From the human T2T-CHM13v2.0 reference genome, Homo sapiens: a DNA stretch of 64,000 nucleotides. The stretch lies in NCBI RefSeq assembly GCF_009914755.1, contig NC_060925.1, one strand, 5' to 3'. A program made the position numbers and the translations under genes. Shown piece after piece: positions 41,593-56,300 of the stretch. The number at the start of each line of letters is the position of its first letter. Positions within the stretch are counted from its first letter, which is position 1. Below the pieces are notes generated by a model that did no database searches, was not told the DNA's origin, and saw only the letters and a list, made by a program, of their open reading frames with translations.

Positions 41593-42999
41593 TCAATTCC
41601 GTTCAATGATTCCATTTGATTCCATTTGATGAGGATTCCATTCGATTCCATTTGATGATGATTCCATGCGATTCCATTAAATAATGACTCCTTCCATTTC
41701 CATTCAATGAGGATTCCATTCGGTTCCATTTGATGATGATTCCTTTGAATTCCGTTTGATGACAATTCCATCCAATACCTATTGATGATGTTTATTTTTG
41801 ATTCCATTTGATGATGATTACATTCGATTCCATTTGATCATGATTCCATTCGATTCCACTCGATGATTCCATTCGATTCCATTCAATGATTATTCCATTT
41901 GAGTCGATTCGATGACTCCATTCGATTGTATTCGATGGTGATTGAATTCGAGTCCATGGATTAATCCATTGCATTCCATTCGATGATTCCATTCGAGTCC
42001 ATTCGATGATTCTATTCGATTGCATTCGATAATTCCATTCGATTGCATTCGATAAATCCATTTGATTCCATTTGAAGATAATTCCATTTGAGTCCATTCG
42101 ATGATTGTTCCATTCGATTCTATTCGGTGATTCCATTCGACTTCATTTGATAATGATTCCATTCGAGACCATTCGATGATTCTATTCAATTCCATTCAAT
42201 AATGATTCCATTCGAGTCCATTCAACGATTCCATTCAAGTCCATTCGATGATTCCATCTGATTCCATTCAATGAATCCATGCGATTCCATTCTATGATGA
42301 TTCCATTCATTTCCATCTGATGATGATTCCATTCGATTCCATTCAATGATTCCTTTCGATTCCATTTGATGATGATTTCAATCAATTTCATTCGATGATT
42401 CCATTCGAATCCATTCGATGATGAGTCCATCCATTTCAATTTCATGATAATTCCATTCGTTTCAATTCGATGGTGTTTCCATTCGATTCCATTCGATGTT
42501 GATTCCATTAGTTTCCATTGGATGATGATTCCATTCGAGTCCATTCGATGATGATCACAATGGATTTCATTCCATAATTCTATTCGATTCCATTTGATGA
42601 TGATTCCATCTGATTCCATTTGATGATTCCATTCGTTTCCATCCGATGATGATTCCATTCGATTCCGTTCAATGATTATTCAATTCGAGTCCATTCGATG
42701 ATTCCATTCGATTCTATTCGATGATGATTGCATTCGAGACCATGGATTCTTCCATTCCATTCCATTAGATGATTCCATTCGAGTCCATTCGATGATTCTC
42801 TTCGATTCCATTCGATAATTCCGTTTGATTCTGTTTGATGTTGATTCCCTTCGAGTCCATTCGATGATAATTCCATTCGATTCTATGCGATGATTCCATT
42901 CCATTCCATTTGGAGGTGGTTCCATTCGAGACCATTCGTTGATTGCATTGAAGTCATTCGATGACGATTCCATTCAATTCCGTTCAATGATTCCATTAG

Positions 43000-45900
43000 A
43001 TTCCATTTGATGATGATTCCATTCGATTCCATTTGATGATGATTCCATGCGATTCCATTTGATGATGACTCCTTTCATTTCCATTCAATGAGGATTCCAT
43101 TCGGTTCCATTTGATGATGATTCCTTTGAATTCCGTTTGATGACAATTCCATTCAATACCTATTGATGATGTTTACTTTTGATTCCATTTGATGATGATT
43201 ACATTCGATTCCATTTGATCATGATTCCATTCGATTCCACTCGATGATTCCATTCGATTCCATTCAATGATTATTCCATTTGAGTCGATTCGATGACTCC
43301 ATTCGATTGTATTCGATGGTGATTGAATTCGAGTCCATGGATTAATCCATTGCATTCCATTCGATGATTCCATTCGAGTCCATTCGATGATTCTATTCGA
43401 TTGCATTCGATAATTCCATTCGATTGCATTCGATAAATCCATTTGATTCCATTTGAAGATAATTCCATTTGAGTCCATTCGATGATTGTTCCATTCGATT
43501 CTATTCGGTGATTCCATTCGACTTCATTTGATAATGATTCCATTCGAGACCATTCGATGATTCTATTCAATTCCATTCAATAATGATTCCATTCGAGTCC
43601 ATTCAACGATTCCATTCAAGTCCATTCGATGATTCCATCTGATTCCATTCAATGAATCCATGCGATTCCATTCTATGATGATTCCATTCATTTCCATCTG
43701 ATGATGATTCCATTCGATTCCATTCAATGATTCCTTTCGATTCCATTTGATGATGATTTCAATCAATTTCATTCGATGATTCCATTCGAATCCATTCGAT
43801 GATGAGTCCATCCATTTCTATTTCATGATAATTCCATTCGTTTCAATTCGATGGTGTTTCCATTCGATTCCATTCGATGTTGATTCCATTAGTTTCCATT
43901 GGATGATGATTCCATTCGAGTCCATTCAATGATGATCACATTGGATTTCATTCCATAATTCTATTCGATTCCATTTGATGATGATTCCATCTGATTCCAT
44001 TTGATGATCCCATTCGATTCCATTCGATGATGATTCCATTCGTTTCCATCCGATGATGATTCATTCGATTCCGTTCAATGATTATTCCATTCGAGTCCAT
44101 TCGATGATTCCATTCGATTCCATTCGATGATGATTGCATTCGAGTCCATGGATTCTTCCATTCCATTCCATTAGATGATTCCATTCGAGTCCGTTCAATG
44201 ATTCTCTTCGATTCCATTCGATAATTCCGTTTGATTCCGTTTGATGATGATTCCATTCGAGTCCATTCGATGATAATTCCATTCGATTCTATGGGATGAT
44301 TCCATTCCATTCCATTTGGAGGTGGTTCCATTCGAGACCATTCGTTGATTGCATTGAATTCATTCGATGACGATTCCATTCAATTCCGTTCAATGATTCC
44401 ATTAGATTCCATTTGATGATGATTCCATTCGATTCCATTTGATGATGATTCCATGCGATTCCATTAGATGATGACTGCTTTCATTTCCATTCAATGAGGA
44501 TTCCATTCGGTTCCATTTGATGATGATTCCTTTGAATTCCGTTTGATGACAATTCCATTCAATACCAATTGATGATGGTTATTTTTGATTCCATTTGATG
44601 ATGATTACTTTCGATTCCATTTGATCATGATTCCATTCGATTCCACTCGATGATTTCATTCGATTCCATTCAATGATTATTCCATTTGAGTCGATTCGAT
44701 GACTCCATTCGATTGTATTCGATGGTGATTGAATTCGAGTCCATGGATTAATCCATTGCATTCCATTCGATGATTCCATTCGAGTCCATTCGATGATTCT
44801 ATTTGATTGCATTCGATAATTCCATTCGATAGCATTCGATAAATCCATTTGATTCCATTTGAAGATAATTCCATTTGAGTCCATTCGATGATTGTTCCAT
44901 TCGATTCTATTCGGTGATTCCATTCGACTTCATTTGATAATGATTCCATTCGAGACCATTCGATGATTCTATTCAATTCCATTCAATAATGATTCCATTC
45001 GAGTCCTTTCAACGATTCCATTCAAGTCCATTCGATGATTCCATCTGATTCCATTCAATGAATCCATTCGATTCCATTCTATGATGATTCCATTCATTTC
45101 CATCTGATGATGATTCCATTGGATTCCATTCAATGATTCCTTTCGATTCCATTTGATGATGATTTCAATCAATTTCATTCGATGATTCCATTCGAATCCA
45201 TTCGATGATGAGTCCATCCATTTCAATTTCATGATAATTCCATTCGTTTCAATTCGATGGTGTTTCCATTCGATTCCATTCGATGTTGATTCCATTAGTT
45301 TCCATTGGATGATGATTCCATTCGAGTCCATTCAATGATGATCACATTGGATTTCATTCCATAATTCTATTCGATTCCATTTGATGATGATTCCATCTGA
45401 TTCCATTTGATGATCCCATTCGATTCCATTCGATGATGATTCCATTCGTTTCCATCCGATGATGATTCATTCGATTCCGTTCAATGATTATTCCATTCGA
45501 GTCCATTCGATGATTCCATTCGATTCCATTCGATGATGATTGCATTCGAGTCCATGGATTCTTCCATTCCATTCCATTAGATGATTCCATTCGAGTCCGT
45601 TCGATGATTCTCTTCGATTCCATTCGATAATTCCGTTTGATTCCTTTTGATGTTGATTCCATTCGAGTCCATTCGATGATAATTCCATTCGATTCTATGC
45701 GATGATTCCATTCCATTCCATTTGGAGGTGGTTCCATTCGAGACCATTCGTTGATTGCATTGAATTCATTCGATGACGTTTCAATTCAATTCCGTTCAAT
45801 GACTCCATTAGATTCCATTTGATGATGATTCCATTCGATTCCATTTGATGATGATTCCATGCGATTCCATTAGATGATGACTCCTTTCATTTCCATTCAA

Positions 45901-48900
45901 TGAGGATTCCATTCGGTTCCATTTGATGATGATTCCTTTGAATTCCGTTTGATGACAATTCCATTCAATACCTATTGATGATGTTTATTTTTGATTCCAT
46001 TTGATGATGATTACGTTCGATTCCATTTGATCATGATTCCATTCGATTCCACTCGATGATTCCATTCGATTCCATTCAATGATTATTCCATTTGAGTCGA
46101 TTCGATGACTCCATTCGATTGTATTCGATGGTGATTGAATTCGAGTCCATGGATTAATCCATTGCATTCCATTCGATGATTCCATTCGAGTCCATTCGAT
46201 GATTCTATTCGATTGCATTCGATAATTCCATTCGATTGCATTCGATAAATCCATTTGATTCCATTTGAGGATAATTCCATTTGAGTCCATTCGATGATTG
46301 TTCCATTCGATTCTATTCGGTGATTCCATTCGACTTCATTTGATAATGATTCCATTCGAGACCATTCGATGATTCTATTCAATTCCATTCAATAATGATT
46401 CCATTCGAGTCCATTCAACGATTCCATTCAAGTCCATTCGATGATTCCATCTGATTCCATTCAATGAATCCATGCGATTCCATTTTATGATGATTCCATT
46501 CATTTCCATCTGATGATGATTCCATTCGATTCCATTCAATGATTCCTTTCGATTCCATTTGATGATGATTTCAATCAATTTCATTCGATGATTCCATTCG
46601 AATCCATTCGATGATGAGTCCATCCATTTCAATTTCATGATAATTCCATTCGTTTCAATTCGATGGTGTTTCCATTCGATTCCATTCGATGTTGATTCCA
46701 TTAGTTTCCATTGGATGATGATTCCATTCGAGTCCATTCAATGATGATCACATTGGATTTCATTCCATAATTCTATTCGATTCCATTTGATGATGATTCC
46801 ATCTGATTACATTTGATGATCCCATTCGATTCCATTCGATGATGATTCCATTCGTTTCCATCCGATGATGATTCCATTCGATTCCGTTCAATGATTATTC
46901 CATTCGAGTCCATTCGATGATTCCATTCGATTCCATTCGATGATGATTGCATTCGGGTCCATGGATTCTTCCATTCCATTCCATTAGATGATTCCATTCG
47001 AGCCCGTTCGATGATTCTCTTCAATTCCATTCGATAATTCCGTTTGATTCCGTTTGATGTTGATTCCATTCGAGTCCATTCGATGATAATTCCATTCGAT
47101 TCTATGCGATGATTCCATTCCATTCCATTTGGAGATGGCTCCATTCGAGACCATTCGTTGATTGCATTCAATTCATTCGATGACGATTCCATTCAATTCC
47201 GTTCAGTGATTCCATTAGATTCCATTTGATGATGATTCCATTCGATTCCATTTGATGATGATTCCATGCGATTCCATTAGATGATGACTCCTTTCATTTC
47301 CATTCAATGAGGATTCCATTCGGTTCCATTTGATGATGATTCCTTTGAATTCCGTTTGATGACAATTCCATTCAATACCTATTGATGATGTTTATTTTTG
47401 ATTCCATTTGACGATGATTACATTCGATTCCATTTGATCATGATTCCATTCGATTCCACTCGATGATTCCATTCGATTCCATTCAATGATTATTCCATTT
47501 GAGTCGATTCGATGACTCCATTCGATTGTATTCGATGGTGATTGAATTCGAGTCCATGGATTAATCCATTGCATTCCATTCGATGATTCCATTCGAGTCC
47601 ATTCGATGATTCTATTCGATTGCATTCGATAATTCCATTCGGTTGCATTCGATAAATCCATTTGATTCCATTTGAAGATAATTCCATTTGAGTCCATTCG
47701 ATGATTGTTCCATTCGATTCTATTCGGTGATTCCATTCGACTTCATTTGATAATGATTCCATTCGAGACCATTCGATGATTCTATTCAATTCCATTCAAT
47801 AATGATTCCATTCGAGTCCTTTCAACGATTCCATTCAAGTCCATTCGATGATTCCATCTGATTCCATTCAATGAATCCATTCGATTCCATTCTATGATGA
47901 TTCCATTCATTTCCATCTGATGATGATTCCATTGGATTCCATTCAATGATTCCTTTCGATTCCATTTGATGATGATTTCAATCAATTTCATTCGATGATT
48001 CCATTCGAATCCATTCGATGATGAGTCCATCCATTTCAATTTCATGATAATTCCATTCGTTTCAATTCGATGGTGTTTCCATTCGATTCCATTCGATGTT
48101 GATTCCATTAGTTTCCATTGGATGATGATTCCATTCGAGTCCATTCAATGATGATCACATTGGGTTTCATTCCATAATTCTATTCGATTCCATTTGATGA
48201 TGATTCCATCTGATTCCATTTGATGATCCCATTCGATTCCATTCGATGATGATTCCATTCGTTTCCATCCGATGATGATTCATTCGATTCCGTTCAATGA
48301 TTATTCCATTCGAGTCCATTCGATGATTCCATTTGATTCCATTCGATGATGATTGCATTCGATTCCATGGATTCTTCCATTCCATTCCATTAGATGATTC
48401 CATTCGAGTCCGTTCGATGATTCTCTTCGATCCCATTCGATAATTCCGTTTGATTCCGTTTGATGTTGATTCCATTCGAGTCCATTCGATGATAATTCCA
48501 TTCGATTCTATGCGATGATTCCATTCCATTCCATTTGGAGGTGGTTCCATTCGAGACCATTCGTTGATTGCATTGAATTCATTCGATGACGATTCAATTC
48601 AATTCCGTTCAATGATTCCATTAGATTCAATTTGATGATGATTCCATTCGATTCCATTTGATGATGATTCCATGCGATTCCATTAGATGATGACTCCTTT
48701 CATTTCCATTCAATGAGGATTCCATTCGGTTCCATTTGATGATGATTCCTTTGAATTCCGTTTGATGACAATTCCATTCAATAACTATTGATGATGTTTA
48801 TTTTTGATTCCATTTGATGATGATTACATTCGATTCCATTTGATCATGATTCCATTCGATTCCACTCGATGATTCCATTCGATTCCATTCAATGATTATT

Positions 48901-51900
48901 CCATTTGAGTCGATTCGATGACTCCATTCGATTGTATTCGATGGTGATTGAATTCGAGTCCATGGATTAAGCCATTGCATTCCATTCGATGATTCCATTC
49001 GAGTCCATTCGATGATTCTATTCGATTGCATTCGATAATTCCATTCGATTGCATTCGATAAATCCATTTGATTCCATTTGAGGATAATTCCATTTGAGTC
49101 CATTCGATGATTGTTCCATTCGATTCTATTCGGTGATTCCATTCGACTTCATTTGATAATGATTCCATTCGAGACCATTCGATGATTCTATTCAATTCCA
49201 TTCAATAATGATTCCATTCGAGTCCATTCAACGATTCCATTCAAGTCCATTCGATGATTCCATCTGATTCCATTCAATGAATCCATGCGATTCCATTCTA
49301 TGATGATTCCATTCATTTCTATCTGATGATGATTCCATTCGATTCCATTCAATGATTCCTTTCGATTCCATTTGATGATGATTTCAATCAATTTCATTCG
49401 ATGATTCCATTCGAATCCATTCGATGATGAGTCCATCCATTTCAATTTCATGATAATTCCATTCGTTTCAATTCGATGGTGTTTCCATTCGATTCCATTC
49501 GATGTTGATTCCATTAGTTTCCATTGGATGATGATTCCATTCGAGTCCATTCAATGATGATCACATTGGATTTCATTCCATAATTCTATTCGATTCCATT
49601 TGATGATGATTCCATCTGATTCCATTTGATGATCCCATTCGATTCCATTCGATGACGATTCCATTCGTTTCCATCCGATGATGATTCCATTCGATTCCGT
49701 TCAATGATTATTCCATTCGACTCCATTCGATGATTCCATTCGATTCCATTCGATGATGATTGCATTCGGGTCCATGGATTCTTCCATTCCATTCCATTAG
49801 ATGATTCCATTCGAGCCCGTTCGATGATTCTCTTCGATTCCATTCGATAATTCCGTTTGATTCCGTTTGATGTTGATTCCATTCGAGTCCATTCGATGAT
49901 AATTCCATTCGATTCTATGCGATGATTCCATTCCATTCCATTTGGAGGTGGTTCCATTCGAGACCATTCATTGATTGCATTGAATTCATTCGATGACGAT
50001 TCCATTCAATTCCGTTCAATGATTCCATTAGATTCCATTTGATGATGATTCCATTCGATTCCATTTGATGATGATTCCATGCGATTCCATTAGATGATGA
50101 CTCCTTTCATTTCCATTCAATGAGGATTCCATTCGGTTCCATTTGATGATGATTCCTTTGAATTCCGTTTGATGACAATTCCATTCAATACCTATTGATG
50201 ATGTTTATTTTTGATTCCATTTGATGATGATTACATTCGATTCCATTTGATCATGATTCCATTCGATTCCACTCGATGATTCCATTCGATTCCATTCAAT
50301 GATTATTCCATTTGAGTCGATTCGATGACTCCATTCGATTGTATTCGATGGTGATTGAATTCGAGTCCATGGATTAATCCATTGCATTCCATTCGATGAT
50401 TCCATTCGAGTCCATTCGATGATTCTATTCGATTGCATTCCATAATTCCATTCGATTGCATTCGATAAATCCATTTGATTCCATTTGAGGATAATTCCAT
50501 TTGAGTCCATTCGATGATTGTTCCATTCGATTCTATTCTGTGATTCCATTCGACTTCATTTGATAATGATTCCATTCGAGACCATTCGATGATTCTATTC
50601 AATTCCATTCAATAATGATTCCATTCGAGTCCATTCAACGATTCCATTCAAGTCCATTCGATGATTCCATCTGATTCCATTCAATGAATCCATGCGATTC
50701 CATTCTATGATGATTCCATTCATTTCTATCTGATGATGATTCCATTCGATTCCATTCAATGATTCCTTTCGATTCCATTTGATGATGATTTCAATCAATT
50801 TCATTCGATGATTCCATTCGAATCCATTCGATGATGAGTCCATCCATTTCAATTTCATGATAATTCCATTCGTTTCAATTCGATGGTGTTTCCATTCGAT
50901 TCCATTCGATGTTGATTCCATTAGCTTCCATTGGATGATGATTCCATTCGAGTCCATTCAATGATGATCACATTGGATTTCATTCCATAATTCTATTCGA
51001 TTCCATTTGATGATGATTCCATCTGATTCCATTTGATGATCCCATTCGATTCCATTCGATGACGATTCCATTCGTTTCCATCCGATGATGATTCCATTCG
51101 ATTCCGTTCAATGATTATTCCATTCGAGTCCATTCGATGATTCCATTCGATTCCATTCGATGATGATTGCATTCGAGTCCATGGATTCTTCCATTCCATT
51201 CCATTAGATGATTCCATTCGAGCCCGTTCGATGATTCTCTTCGATTCCGTTCGATAATTCCGTTTGATTCCGTTTGATGTTGATTCCATTCGAGTCCATT
51301 CGATGATAATTCCATTCGATTCTATGCGATGATTCCATTCCATTCCATTTGGAGATGGCTCCATTCGAGACCGTTCGTTGATTGCATTCATTTCATTCGA
51401 TGACGATTCCATTCAATTCCATTCAGTGATTCCATTAGATTCCATTTGATGATGATTCCATTCGATTCCATTTGATGATGATTCCATGCGATTCCATTAG
51501 ATGATGACTCCTTTCATTTCCATTCAATGAGGATTCCATTCGGTTCCATTTGATGATGATTCCTTTGAATTCCGTTTGATGACAATTCCATTGAATACCT
51601 ATTGATGATGTTTATTTTTGATTCAATTTGACGATGATTACATTCGATTCCATTTGATCATGATTCCATTCGATTCCACTCGATGATTCCATTCGATTCC
51701 ATTCAATGATTATTCCATTTGAGTCGATTCGATGACTCCATTCGATTGTATTCGATGGTGATTGAATTCGAATCCATGGATTAATCCATTGCATTCCATT
51801 CGATGATTCCATTCGAGTCCATTCGATGATTCTATTCGATTGCATTCGATAATTCCATTCGATTGCATTCGATAAATCCATTTGATTCCATTTGAAGATA

Positions 51901-52820
51901 ATTCCATTTGAGTCCATTCGATGATTGTTCCATTCGATTCTATTCGGTGATTCCATTCGACTTCATTTGATAATGATTCCATTCGAGACCATTCGATGAT
52001 TCTATTCAATTCCATTCAATAATGATTCCATTCGAGTCCATTCAACGATTCCATTCAAGTCCATTCGATGATTCCATCTGATTCCATTCAATGAATCCAT
52101 GCGATTCCATTCTATGATGATTCCATTCATTTCCATCTGATGATGATTCCATTCGATTCCATTCAATGATTCCTTTCGATTCCATTTGATGATGATTTCA
52201 ATCAATTTCATTCGATGATTCCATTCGAATCCATTCGATGATGAGTCCATCCATTTCAATTTCATGATAATTCCATTCGTTTCAATTCGATGGTGTTTCC
52301 ATTCGATTCCATTCGATGTTGATTCCATTAGTTTCCATTGGATGATGATTCCATTCGAGTCCATTCAATGATGATCACATTGGATTTCATTCCATAATTC
52401 TATTCGATTCCATTTGATGATGATTCCATCTGATTCCACTTGATGATCCCATTCGATTCCATTCGATGATGATTCCATTCGTTTCCATCCGATGATGATT
52501 CCATTCGATTCCGTTCAATGATTATTCCATTCGAGTCCATTCAATGATTCCATTCGATTCCATTCGATGATGATTGCATTCGAGTCCATGGATTCTTCCA
52601 TTCCATTCCATTAGATGATTCCATTCGAGCCCATTCCATGATTCTCTTCGATTCCATTCGATAATTCCGTTTGATTCCGTTTGATGTTGATTCCATTCGG
52701 GTCCATTCGATGATAATTCCATTCGATTCTATGCGATGATTCCATTCCATTCCATTTGGATGTGGTTCCATTCGAGACCATTCGTTGATGGCATTCAATT
52801 CATTCGATGACGATTCCATT
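43000..52820 (+). repeat. Domain of 1406/1407-bp monomers with 2813-bp dimer and 4220-bp trimer periodicities
   Basis: Landmarks at 42973, 44379, 45785, 47192, 48598, 50005, 51412 and 52819. ORFs 44969/47782 are identical (offset 2813). Variants GGAGATGGCTCC and TTGACGATGATTAC are shared at offset 4220. Confidence 0.8.
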
Positions 52821-53349
52821 CAATTCCGTTCAATGATTCCATTAGATTCCATTTGATGATGATTCCATTCGATTCCATTTGATGATGATTCCATGCGATT
52901 CCATTAGATGATGACACCTTTCATTTCCATTCAATGAGGATTCCATTCGGTTCCATTTGATGATGATTCCTTTGAATTCCGTTTGATGACAATTCCATTC
53001 AATACCAATTGATGATGGTTATTTTGATTCCATTTGATGATGATTACTTTCGATTCCATTTGATCATGATTCCATTCGATTCCACTCGATGATTCCATTC
53101 AATGATGATTCCATTCGAGTTCATTGACTATTCCCTTCCATTTCAATCGATGATTCCTTTCAAGTCCATTCGATGATTCTGTTCGATTGCATTCGATTAT
53201 TCCATTCGATTGCATTCGATAATTCCATTCGATTCCATTTGAGGATAATTCCATTTGAGTCCATTCGATGATTGTTCCATTCGATTCTATTCAGTGATTC
53301 CATTCGACTTCATTTGATAATGATTCCATTAGAGACCATTCGATGATTC

Positions 53350-56300
53350 TATTCAATTCCATTCAATAATGATTCCATTCGAGTCCATTCAACGATTCCA
53401 TTCAAGTCCATTCGATGATTCCATCTGATTCCATTCAATGAATCCATGCAATTCCATTCTATGATGATTCCATTCATTTCCATCTGATGATGATTCCATT
53501 GGATTCCATTCAATGATTCCTTTCGATTCCATTTGATGATGATTTCAATCAATTTCATTCGATGATTCCATTCGAATCCATTCGATGATGAGTCCATCCA
53601 TTTCTATTTCATGATAATTCCATTCGTTTCAATTCGATGGTGTTTCCATTCGATTCCATTCGATGTTGATTCCATTAGTTTCCATTGGATGATGATTCCA
53701 TTCGAGTCCATTCGATGATGATCACAATGGATTTCATTCCATAATTCTATTCGATTCCATTTGATGATGATTCCATCTGATTCCATTTGATGATTCCATT
53801 CGTTTCCATCCGATGATGATTCCATTCGATTCCGTTCAATGATTATTCCATTCGAGTCCATTCGATGATTCCATTCGATTCCATTCGCTGATGATTGCAT
53901 TCGAGTCCATGGATTCTTCCATTCCATTCCATTAGATGATTCCATTCCAGTCCATTCGATGATTCTCTTCGATTCCATTCGATAATTCCGTTTGATTCCG
54001 TTTGATGTTGATTCCATTCGAGTCCATTCGATGATAATTCCATTCGATTCTATGCGATGATTCCATTCCATTCCATTTGGAGGTGGTTCCATTCGAGACC
54101 ATTCGTTGATTGCATTCAATTCATTCGATGACCATTCCATTCAATTCCGTTCAATGATTCCATTCGATTCCATTTGATGATGATTCCATGCGATTCCATT
54201 AGATGATGACTCCTTTCATTTCCATTCAATGAGGATTCCATTCGGTTCCATTTGATGATGATTCCTTTGAATTCCATTTGATGACAATTCCATTCAATAC
54301 CAATTGATGATGTTTATTTTTGATTCCATTTGATGATGATTACATTCGATTCCATTTCATCATGATTCCATTCGATTCCACTCGATGATTCCATTCGATT
54401 CCATTCAATGATTATTCCACTTGAGTCGATTCGATGACTCCATTCGATTGTATTCGATGGTGATTGAATTCGAGTCCATGGATTAATCCATTGCATTCCA
54501 TTCGATGATTCCATTCGAGTCCATTCGATGATTCTATTCGATTGCATTCGATAATTCCATTCGATTGCATTCGATAAATCCATTTGATTCCATTTGAGGA
54601 TAATTCCATTTGAGTCCATTCGATGATTGTTCCATTCGATTCTATTCGGTGATTCCATTCGACTTCATTTGATAATGATTCCATTCGAGACCATTCGATG
54701 ATTCTATTCAATTCCATTCAATAATGATTCCATTCGAGTCCATTCAACGATTCCATTCAAGTCCATTCGATGATTCCATCTGATTCCATTCAATGAATCC
54801 ATGCGATTCCATTCTATGATGATTCCATTCATTTCCATCAGATGATGATTCCATTCGATTCCATTCATTGATTCCTTTCGATTCCATTTGATGATGATTT
54901 CAATCAATTTCATTCGATGATTCCATTCGAATCCATTCGATGATGAGTCCATCCATTTCTATTTCATGATAATTCCATTCGTTTCAATTCGATGGTGTTT
55001 CCATTCGATTCCATTCGATGTTGATTCCATTAGTTTCCATTGGATGATGATTCCATTCGAGTCCATTCGATGATGATCACAATGGATTTCATTCCATAAT
55101 TCTATTCGATTCCATTTGATGATGATTCCATCTGATTCCATTAGATGATTCCATTCGTTTCCATCCGATGATGATTCCATTCGATTCCGTTCAATGATTA
55201 TTCCATTCGACTCCATTCGATGATTCCATTCGATTCCATTCGCTGATGATTGCATTCGAGTCCATGGATTCTTCCATTCCATTCCATTAGATGATTCCAT
55301 TCCAGTCCATTCGATGATTCTCTTCGATTCCATTCGATAATTCCGTTTGATTCCGTTTGATGTTGATTCCATTCGAGTCCATTCGATGATAATTCCATTC
55401 GATTCTATGCGATGATTCCATTCCATTCCATTTGGAGGTGGTTCCATTCGAGACCATTCGTTGATTGCATTCAATTCATTCGATGACCATTCCATTCAAT
55501 TCCGTTCAATGATTCCATTAGATTCCATTTGATGATGATTCCATTCGATTCCATTTGATGATGATTCCATGCGATTCCATTAGATGATGACTCCTTTCAT
55601 TTCCATTCAATGAGGATTCCATTCGGTTCCATTTGATGATGATTCCTTTGAATTCCATTTGATGACAATTCCATTCAATACCAATTGATGATGTTTATTT
55701 TTGATTCCATTTGATGATGATTACATTCGATTCCATTTCATCATGATTCCATTCGATTCCACTCGATGATTCCATTCGATTCCATTCAATGATTATTCCA
55801 CTTGAGTCGATTCGATGACTCCATTCGATTGTATTCGATGGTGATTGAATTCGAGTCCATGGATTAATCCATTGCATTCCATTCGATGATTCCATTCGAG
55901 TCCATTCGATGATTCTATTCGATTGCATTCGATAATTCCATTCGATTGCATTCGATAAATCCATTTGATTCCATTTGAGGATAATTCCATTTGAGTCCAT
56001 TCGATGATTGTTCCATTCGATTCTATTCGGTGATTCCATTCGACTTCATTTGATAATGATTCCATTCGAGACCATTCGATGATTCTATTCAATTCCATTC
56101 AATAATGATTCCATTCGAGTCCATTCAACGATTCCATTCAAGTCCATTCGATGATTCCATCTGATTCCATTCAATGAATCCATGCGATTCCATTCTATGA
56201 TGATTCCATTCATTTCCATCTGATGATGATTCCATTCGATTCCATTCAATGATTCCTTTCGATTCCATTTGATGATGATTTCAATCAATTTCATTCGATG

